This document shows positions 1-6,147 of a DNA stretch of 10,292 bases, piece by piece. The DNA is from Candidatus Heimdallarchaeota archaeon. Lineage in GTDB: Archaea; Asgardarchaeota; Heimdallarchaeia; Heimdallarchaeales; Heimdallarchaeaceae. Position numbers and translations under genes: made by a program. The stretch spans positions 1 through 10,292 of the forward strand of contig JAAFKJ010000058.1 of assembly GCA_021399395.1 (NCBI GenBank), given 5' to 3'. The notes under the pieces are model-generated. The model did not search any database and was not told the DNA's origin. It saw only the letters and a list, made by a program, of their open reading frames with translations. Each line of letters begins with the position of its first letter. The first letter of the stretch is position 1.

Positions 1-2
1 CA

Positions 3-179
3 ATGTCATCACAAAAAAAATCAGATAATGACGTCAAAGACCCAATAAAAGAAAAACCAACAAATGACGAAACTAGTGAGAATGAAGAAGAATACAAAGG
101 AAGAAATTGGAATCAGATGATAATCGCGGTTGTCTTTGTTTTAATAGTGGTTATTTTGTGGTATGTTCTTTCAAGGTGA
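3..179 (+). CDS. Small tail-anchored membrane protein, 58 aa (possibly 5'-truncated by the window edge)
   Basis: Manual translation from ATG 3-5 to TGA 177-179 gives MSSQKKSDNDVKDPIKEKPTNDETSENEEEYKGRNWNQMIIAVVFVLIVVILWYVLSR. It has a charged low-complexity N-terminus and one ~18-residue hydrophobic helix at the extreme C-terminus. It is absent from the ORF track, whose shortest entries are 60 aa. Confidence 0.75.
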   Translation: MSSQKKSDNDVKDPIKEKPTNDETSENEEEYKGRNWNQMIIAVVFVLIVVILWYVLSR

Positions 180-182
180 TAA

Positions 183-203
183 TGCTTTTTTCTAATAAAG
201 GCA
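183..203 (+). terminator. Possible oligo-T terminator or weak hairpin after the small ORF
   Basis: A T6 run (186-191) lies shortly after the TGA. TGCTTTT...AAAGGCA can form a 7-bp stem with one G-U pair. Confidence 0.3.
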
Positions 204-216
204 AAATCATTTAAGT
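201..216 (+). promoter_or_regulatory. Putative archaeal BRE/TATA promoter for the ABC transporter operon
   Basis: A-rich GCAAAA precedes TTTAAG (210-215), which ends 27 nt before ATG 243. No SD is visible, consistent with a leaderless or short-leader transcript. Confidence 0.4.
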
Positions 217-242
217 GTTTAGAGTTACATTTGGTTAATCCC

Positions 243-998
243 ATGGCTGATTCATACATAAAAGTTGAAGATTTAATTAAGACATATTCCTCAAAAGCAG
301 AGGTATTGGTAGTACTAAATGGAATAGATTTTGAAGTGGATAGGGGAGAGATTATTTGTTTTTTGGGAACTTCTGGTTCAGGTAAAACTACAACACTTAA
401 CTTACTTGCAGGAATAGATAAACCATCAGCTGGTAAGATATTGTATGACAAAAATGAGATCCATTCTTGGTCATTGAATCAGTTAGCAGAATATAGATTA
501 AATGAAATAGGGTTTATCTTTCAAGATTTCTATTTAATGGAGCATTTAACAGCTCTTGAAAATATTATGATTCCTTTAATTCTCAGAGGTGAAACAGAAG
601 ATATGGCAAAAGAATACTCAGTTGATCTTTTACATAGTGTAGGATTGGGTAGAAAGGCTTTGAGCTTGCCTCAAGAACTAAGTTCTGGAGAAAAACAGCG
701 TGTATGCGTAGCCAGAGCAATTGCTAATTCACCCTCTTTATTAATCGCAGATGAGCCCACTGGAACACTTGATACAAAGACTGGTGATGGAATTATGGAA
801 CTATTGCTCAATCTAGTAAAAAAGAATAATATGTCACTCATCTACACATCTCATGACCCTTATCTTACTAGATTAGCAGACAAGATAATTGTGCTTCAAA
901 AAGGTAAGGTTTCTCAATATTCTCAAAAGGAATTTCCCGAGGTTGGATATGATAAAGCAAGCTTTCAGTTTCTTGTAGGAGATGAAAATCATGAATGA
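243..998 (+). CDS. ABC transporter ATP-binding protein, LolD/MacB/FtsE-like family
   Basis: Walker A GTSGSGKTT, Q-loop IGFIFQDFYL, signature LSSGEKQRV, Walker B/D-loop LLIADEPTGTLD and H-loop TSHD. ATG 243 is preferred over the track's TTG 231 on promoter spacing. Confidence 0.95.
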   Translation: MADSYIKVEDLIKTYSSKAEVLVVLNGIDFEVDRGEIICFLGTSGSGKTTTLNLLAGIDKPSAGKILYDKNEIHSWSLNQLAEYRLNEIGFIFQDFYLMEHLTALENIMIPLILRGETEDMAKEYSVDLLHSVGLGRKALSLPQELSSGEKQRVCVARAIANSPSLLIADEPTGTLDTKTGDGIMELLLNLVKKNNMSLIYTSHDPYLTRLADKIIVLQKGKVSQYSQKEFPEVGYDKASFQFLVGDENHE

Positions 999-3960
999 AT
1001 TAGATAAATTTGTAGGAGAAGAGGAGGAAATTTCCAAATATAAGAAAGCAATATCTTCCATATCATTCAATATCAAACTAATTTGGAAAAATATTATAAA
1101 CCGAAGAAGAAGCATTACTATCATCATTCTAGGTTTAGTTTTCTCAATGTCAATTCTTTTCACAGCATCCATATGGTCATCCACTTCTCAAAAAATCATA
1201 GCAGATGACTATTTACAAACTTTAGATTATGAAATGTATGTGTCTACTTTCCTCCCAAATCATATGCAACCTGTGTTTACCTATGTGCTCGATGATCCTC
1301 TTGTAGAGGATGTACATTGGTATTATCCGACTGTTGCGCTATTTAATTTCGAGGGTAAAGCTGACAATTATACTTGGTATCCAGAAGAACAACAAGATGA
1401 TTTAGATGATCCTTTATCAATTTCAGCTGCACATATTGTTTCCTCAGCAGCTATGGAAAGAATCAAACTGAATTTGGAAGTTGATGGTGATGCATCCTTA
1501 AATCAAGGAGAAATTATGATCAGCTATGTTCAAGCCAAACAACTTGGAGTTATTTATAACAAAACCATTTCCCCCGGAGATCAAATCAGTGTAGCTATTA
1601 CCAGATATATACCTAATACCGATATCGGAGAACACCAGATGGTATACTACGATATTGATGACACAACTTTTGAAAACTTTACAATTTCTGGAATTTACAA
1701 ATATGTAGGAAAAAACACTATAATCGCAAAAATGTTAGGGGGGATTGGAAATACTGGAGGAGTTCTTCTAGATTCAATTTTCTTTCCTAAAGAAAGCTTG
1801 GGAATAGAAGATCTCAATATTATGGATTCTAATGGCTTGATACCTAAACTACTTGTAAAGGTAAGCGGTCAAGAATTGAGAGCAGCAGGCATAGCCGATA
1901 TGCCCGATACAATTTATGCTTTAAAAGAAAGAATAGAATTTAGATATTGGCATGCATTCGCCAATATTTTATCTCAAGAAATCCAAGCAATGGCAGATGA
2001 ATATACTCGCAGTTTTGGCTCAACAGTAGTATTCTTACCTACAATTGCAGTATCTATAATTCTAACAATTTTATCTTCGCAGATGACGGTTAGAAAAAGA
2101 AAAGAGGAAATTGCCTATTTAAGATCCAAAGGTGCAGTAAGCGGACAAATAATAATGATGTTCTTTGGGGAATTTCTTTTAATAAGTACGATTTCACTTG
2201 TATTGAGTATTGGAATAGGTATTCTTTTGTCTGGATTGATACCTTCGTTTGGTCATGATGATGGGTTCTTTAGTAAAGAATTCTTCTCAAGATATTTCAG
2301 CTATTTGGAGATTTCACCCTATTACATAGAGATTTTCACGGTTTTAGTTCTGGGAATCTATTTGGGTATGACATTGTATAACGTTATAACCTTTGTAAGG
2401 AAAGACATTCACGAATCACAAATAATGACTAAAAGAGGTCAAAAAATCATCAAGACATCCGTCAAAGTTGGTTCATTTGTCTTAATATTGGCAGGTTTTA
2501 TTTTCCTAATGATAGAATATTACAGGCAGGTAGCGGGGACCTCTAGTTTTGGATTTAGCACGCTATCAATTAGTATTCAAGCACTATTAGTGTTTATAGT
2601 TTTACTATTCTTCATTTGTTATTTCATATCTTTAGGGATAAATAAAATAATCATGAAACTTGGAAAAGTCTATAAGACTTTATTTAAGAGAAATTCCTTC
2701 ATGATTCTTAAGAATCTTAAGCGTCAAAGAAAGAATCTTACAGATCTTACTTTCTTCTTAGTTCTAACAATATGTCTCCTTACTACTTTAGTAACCTTGA
2801 GATCTTCAACCATTTATAATAATGAAATTGAGGATGACTATAGAATGGGAGCAGACCTTAGAATTGAATCTCTTCTATCAGTAAATATATCCTATATGGA
2901 AGAAACATTGGGACAAATTGAAGGTATCAAAGACATTACAGGTTTTCAAACAATAAGAGCTCTATGGGGAACTCAAATACGGATAGAAGTCTATGGAATT
3001 GATCCAGATAAGTTTCTGGAAATCGGTAGGTGGACAGATATGAGTTTTGTTAATATGACAGCTGAAGAAGGGCTCATGACTCTTGACGAACAACAAGCAC
3101 CAATTGCTGTTGCTGGAGGAGTATTTGGTGTTTTTACTGAAAAAACATCTGAAAAAGGTTTGATTCTCAGTAATTATCTAGTAAGAAGATTGGATTTAGA
3201 ATTGGGTGCAGAAATCGAAGTTGCAGGCTTCACTGGATCTGGAGAAACACAATTCTTAACCATCACAGGAGTAATTGAATCAGCTCCAGGATTGGGTGTT
3301 TCACATGGTTACGACCCTAAGATGAATAGAGAAACTGACGATTGGGTTCTTATGAACAAAAAGGTACTTATTGAGGAATTGGATGTTCATAATGGAACTC
3401 TCCTATTAGCTTCAATGAAAGAAGGAGCAAATGCTGACCAAATCAAACAAGAAATAGAGAGTATGTTTCCATTTTTAACTGTCAATCCAGAGCAAATCAA
3501 CCCAGACTACATTGGTTACTTCATTGACAAATACATCCCTCCTGTAACAGTTATTCTTTTAGCTGGCGCCATCATACTAAATGTAATTGGAGTTATCTAT
3601 ATTCTCATCTCAACTGATTTCATTTTGGAACAGAGAAGGAGAGAAAACGCAGTTCTGCTTGCATTAGGTGGGAATCAGACGAAAGTTCGCGGACTATTGA
3701 TTAGTGAGGTGTCAACTTTTCTTGCAGTAACATTGTTAATAGGAGGTCCGTTAGGTATTGCGGCTACAGCCTTTTCGCTGTTATTTATTAAGCCATTATT
3801 GGTTGCAGAAGAAGTTATTCCATTAGTACTTCATGTAGATGGTCTGGCACTATTCATCATTCTCGCATCATTGTGTTTAGCTGCTCTATTTGGGATGATA
3901 CCTATTATTAGAAAACAAATGAAATATGAGATTGTTCAAGAATTGCGAGCGATTGTTTGA
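991..3960 (+). CDS. Large FtsX/MacB-like ABC permease with two FtsX domains and two extracytoplasmic domains
   Basis: N-terminal TM helix followed by a large loop. Two FtsX-type motifs (VRKRKEEIAYLRSKGAVSGQIIMMFFGE and LEQRRRENAVLLALGGNQTKVRGLLISE) are each flanked by TM helices. A second large loop begins at MGADLRI. ATG 991 has AGGAGA (977-982) 8 nt upstream and overlaps the ATPase end; ATG 982 is the alternative start. Confidence 0.92.
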   Translation: MNELDKFVGEEEEISKYKKAISSISFNIKLIWKNIINRRRSITIIILGLVFSMSILFTASIWSSTSQKIIADDYLQTLDYEMYVSTFLPNHMQPVFTYVLDDPLVEDVHWYYPTVALFNFEGKADNYTWYPEEQQDDLDDPLSISAAHIVSSAAMERIKLNLEVDGDASLNQGEIMISYVQAKQLGVIYNKTISPGDQISVAITRYIPNTDIGEHQMVYYDIDDTTFENFTISGIYKYVGKNTIIAKMLGGIGNTGGVLLDSIFFPKESLGIEDLNIMDSNGLIPKLLVKVSGQELRAAGIADMPDTIYALKERIEFRYWHAFANILSQEIQAMADEYTRSFGSTVVFLPTIAVSIILTILSSQMTVRKRKEEIAYLRSKGAVSGQIIMMFFGEFLLISTISLVLSIGIGILLSGLIPSFGHDDGFFSKEFFSRYFSYLEISPYYIEIFTVLVLGIYLGMTLYNVITFVRKDIHESQIMTKRGQKIIKTSVKVGSFVLILAGFIFLMIEYYRQVAGTSSFGFSTLSISIQALLVFIVLLFFICYFISLGINKIIMKLGKVYKTLFKRNSFMILKNLKRQRKNLTDLTFFLVLTICLLTTLVTLRSSTIYNNEIEDDYRMGADLRIESLLSVNISYMEETLGQIEGIKDITGFQTIRALWGTQIRIEVYGIDPDKFLEIGRWTDMSFVNMTAEEGLMTLDEQQAPIAVAGGVFGVFTEKTSEKGLILSNYLVRRLDLELGAEIEVAGFTGSGETQFLTITGVIESAPGLGVSHGYDPKMNRETDDWVLMNKKVLIEELDVHNGTLLLASMKEGANADQIKQEIESMFPFLTVNPEQINPDYIGYFIDKYIPPVTVILLAGAIILNVIGVIYILISTDFILEQRRRENAVLLALGGNQTKVRGLLISEVSTFLAVTLLIGGPLGIAATAFSLLFIKPLLVAEEVIPLVLHVDGLALFIILASLCLAALFGMIPIIRKQMKYEIVQELRAIV

Positions 3961-3965
3961 TAATA

Positions 3966-5090
3966 TCAAGCAAGAAGAAGCTCCCCTCTTGCTTTTTCTA
4001 ATATTTGGTCAATCATGAATTCCTCTGTATCTTTCCAAGAATGATCAATAAAAGAGTAATTATTTGGATTAAAGTCCTTAGTAATAGTGGTATGTGGGTC
4101 TAACATCATTATTTGAAGATCTGGGAACAAGGACCATAGAATATTGAACAGTTCTAGTTTATCTTTCGGAGGCAATAAGATTTTCCAAAGAAATCCTTTC
4201 TCTGTTTCACGAAAATCAGATTCATATGGAAGGGCTAACTCTCGAAGTAGGTAAATGATTTTGGACATGGCTCTTTGCCCACAGATTGCTTTAAAGACCA
4301 GCTCATCTTCAAGACCAAAAAAAGATCGATTAAAATCAACTAGATAATTTCGGATTACTGATTTGCTAAGAAACTTCTTTCTCCTTGATAAGGTATATTG
4401 AGGTATCCCCAGCTGTTTTGATAGAGTTGCATATTTCTGAGTTGGATCGAGTACTAATTCTTTCAGAATCTGAAAGTCTAAATAACTTAATTGTTTCAAA
4501 ACATTTTTTGGTTTTTCACGAGAGATTTTCTGAAAATAATCAAATTGCGGAACATAATCAACAACATCTATATTTTTCTTCCACATATCCCATTTAAAAG
4601 ACCAAACACTTTGAGTTGGGTTCCAATACGTTAGATCTATTCTTGTCTTGATACCAGGTCCAATGGTTGTTGAATGAACAATCTCTTCAACAAGATTATT
4701 GTCTTTTAAGTGATTTAAGAATGAGACAAATAGGTTGATAGACCCAATTGGAACATGAACCTTTAGAAATATACCCGTTATTCCTCCATAACATCTTTGT
4801 CTAATAACGAGATAAGGGTGATAATCAATAATTCGTTCTACAATTCTGTATTTATCTATAGAATTAATTTTAAGAAGAAAAATATGACTTTCAAGACCTA
4901 ATGATTCTGGATGATATTCTGCATGGAATTTTCTTATTATCGACTCATTGAGTAGATTTTCGACCCTCTTCTTAACAGTAGGAGCTGATAATTTAATTTT
5001 CTCTGCTAATCTGCTATAAGGAATAATCGGTTCTTGAAATATGTGGTTAAGAATTGAATATTCCTCAGGTCTGAGACTCACGTTACTCAA
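3966..5090 (-). CDS. Winged helix-turn-helix transcriptional regulator, Lrp/AsnC-like, with tandem duplicated HTH units
   Basis: HTH1 is LRPEEYSILNHIFQEPIIPYSRLAEKIKLSAPTVKKRVENLLNESII and HTH2 (from residue ~201) is LSYLDFQILKELVLDPTQKYATLSKQLGIPQYTLSRRKKFLSKSVI. Both are followed by an Lrp-like linker ending in GLE. Start is TTG 5090, with GTG 5081 as an alternative. Confidence 0.85.
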   Translation of the reverse strand: MSNVSLRPEEYSILNHIFQEPIIPYSRLAEKIKLSAPTVKKRVENLLNESIIRKFHAEYHPESLGLESHIFLLKINSIDKYRIVERIIDYHPYLVIRQRCYGGITGIFLKVHVPIGSINLFVSFLNHLKDNNLVEEIVHSTTIGPGIKTRIDLTYWNPTQSVWSFKWDMWKKNIDVVDYVPQFDYFQKISREKPKNVLKQLSYLDFQILKELVLDPTQKYATLSKQLGIPQYTLSRRKKFLSKSVIRNYLVDFNRSFFGLEDELVFKAICGQRAMSKIIYLLRELALPYESDFRETEKGFLWKILLPPKDKLELFNILWSLFPDLQIMMLDPHTTITKDFNPNNYSFIDHSWKDTEEFMIDQILEKARGELLLA

Positions 5091-5109
5091 ATCTGGATTA
5101 GTAAATAGG

Positions 5110-5117
5110 ATTAAAAA
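5110..5117 (-). promoter_or_regulatory. Possible TATA box for the regulator gene
   Basis: Minus strand reads TTTTTAAT about 20 nt upstream of TTG 5090 (about 29 nt from GTG 5081), with no SD. Confidence 0.3.
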
Positions 5118-5125
5118 GTATTTGT

Positions 5126-5136
5126 AAAAAGAAAAA
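5126..5136 (-). terminator. Archaeal-type oligo-U terminator of the surface protein gene
   Basis: Minus strand reads TTTTTCTTTTT starting 9 nt after the stop codon at 5145, without a hairpin. Confidence 0.5.
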
Positions 5137-5144
5137 GATGAGGA

Positions 5145-6002
5145 TTATTTCCTCTTTCTCGTAAATAAACTACTTGCAAATATTACAGCCACAGCAATTG
5201 GCACTACCCAAGCATAAGATACAGTTGTTGTAGGTTCAGGCTCAGTAGGTTTGTATAATTCGTACTCTATATCAGCATTGAAATCATCTACATAATTATA
5301 TTCGTCTGTTGATAAAGACCTCAAAGTTATTATTAAATGATCAAACAAACCAGTTGTTGCATCAAATGCCAAAGTAGCATTTAGTTTGAATTCTGTGATG
5401 TTTGTTGGTATTGAAATTGGTATATCTCCAGAGTCCATGTCTCCCAGAAGATCAGTTAGAACTGAAGCATTCACCGTTGGAGCAAATAGATCTAGTTTTG
5501 CACTTAGATAGTTGGCATCATACACAGAATAGACATTCAAATATGTTACATCCATATAATCTGTTATATTTTCCATTATATCATCTAATATTATCATCGA
5601 CCCTGTTTGATCTATAATCGCTCCGAAGTAGGCCAAATAATCAGGTATATCTCCTAATGTTAAGGGGAGAGCTATTGGTAATCCTTGTGGGAGAACAAGT
5701 GTTTCATTTTCTACCTCAGTTGATAAGAAAACGGTTGATGTTTCATCCAACAAGTGTGTATCATTATATACATTGTAAGAGTAACCTGTATCATTGAAAT
5801 CATTGAATACAATTCGTAATCGTGCTTCATCTTTGAATTCAAACTGAAGAGGTGTACCAAATATTGTTAGTTTATTTAACTCATAAACATAGTTTTTATC
5901 TATCTCAAATCCCCAAGTTGTCTCTGCATTTGCAGGTGTCACAAAGGTTAATGAGAATAGAAGAATTAGAACCCCGCTTGTAATAATTTCTTTTTTTTTC
6001 AT
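5145..6002 (-). CDS. Secreted cell-surface (glyco)protein with signal peptide and C-terminal membrane anchor
   Basis: Signal peptide MKKK-hydrophobic-PANA|E, acidic mature region with 7 N-x-S/T sequons, Pro/Thr linker PTEPEPTTT, TM helix AWVVPIAVAVIFASSLF and basic tail RKRK. SD GGTGAT at 6011-6006. Confidence 0.85.
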   Translation of the reverse strand: MKKKEIITSGVLILLFSLTFVTPANAETTWGFEIDKNYVYELNKLTIFGTPLQFEFKDEARLRIVFNDFNDTGYSYNVYNDTHLLDETSTVFLSTEVENETLVLPQGLPIALPLTLGDIPDYLAYFGAIIDQTGSMIILDDIMENITDYMDVTYLNVYSVYDANYLSAKLDLFAPTVNASVLTDLLGDMDSGDIPISIPTNITEFKLNATLAFDATTGLFDHLIITLRSLSTDEYNYVDDFNADIEYELYKPTEPEPTTTVSYAWVVPIAVAVIFASSLFTRKRK

Positions 6003-6012
6003 TTTATCACCG

Positions 6013-6041
6013 AGTTAAGAACAATCTTAACTAATATTAGT
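6013..6041. promoter_or_regulatory. Two overlapping dyad-symmetry elements (candidate operator)
   Basis: AGTTAAGA-acaa-TCTTAACT (6013-6032) has perfect 8-bp arms. It overlaps the perfect 12-bp palindrome ACTAATATTAGT (6030-6041). Both lie between the TATA box and the SD of the surface protein gene. Confidence 0.55.
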
Positions 6042-6054
6042 AATGGTTAATTTC

Positions 6055-6075
6055 CTATATATAGTATTCCTTTCT
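6055..6075 (-). promoter_or_regulatory. BRE/TATA promoter of the surface protein gene
   Basis: Minus strand reads purine-rich AGAAAGGAATAC followed by TATATATAG. The predicted start site is near 6030. Confidence 0.55.
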
Positions 6076-6147
6076 ACGACTATTACACTCTGTAAAATCG
6101 CATCTCATTAGCGTTAAAAGCTTTCTAGACAAAAATGGTTTATGACT

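Noticed and set aside
96-179. Resemblance of KGRNWNQMIIAVV.. to synaptobrevin/SNARE juxtamembrane segments
   Set aside because: The preceding sequence is Pro-containing and acidic with no heptad repeat, so the similarity is generic to tail anchors.
113-451. 112-aa minus-strand ORF
   Set aside because: Antisense shadow of the ABC ATPase and the small membrane ORF, with no recognisable motifs.
873-1184. 103-aa minus-strand ORF
   Set aside because: Antisense to the well-supported ATPase/permease junction.
4385-4597. 70-aa plus-strand ORF
   Set aside because: Antisense within the regulator gene, with no independent support.
5402-5617. 71-aa plus-strand ORF
   Set aside because: Antisense within the surface protein gene.
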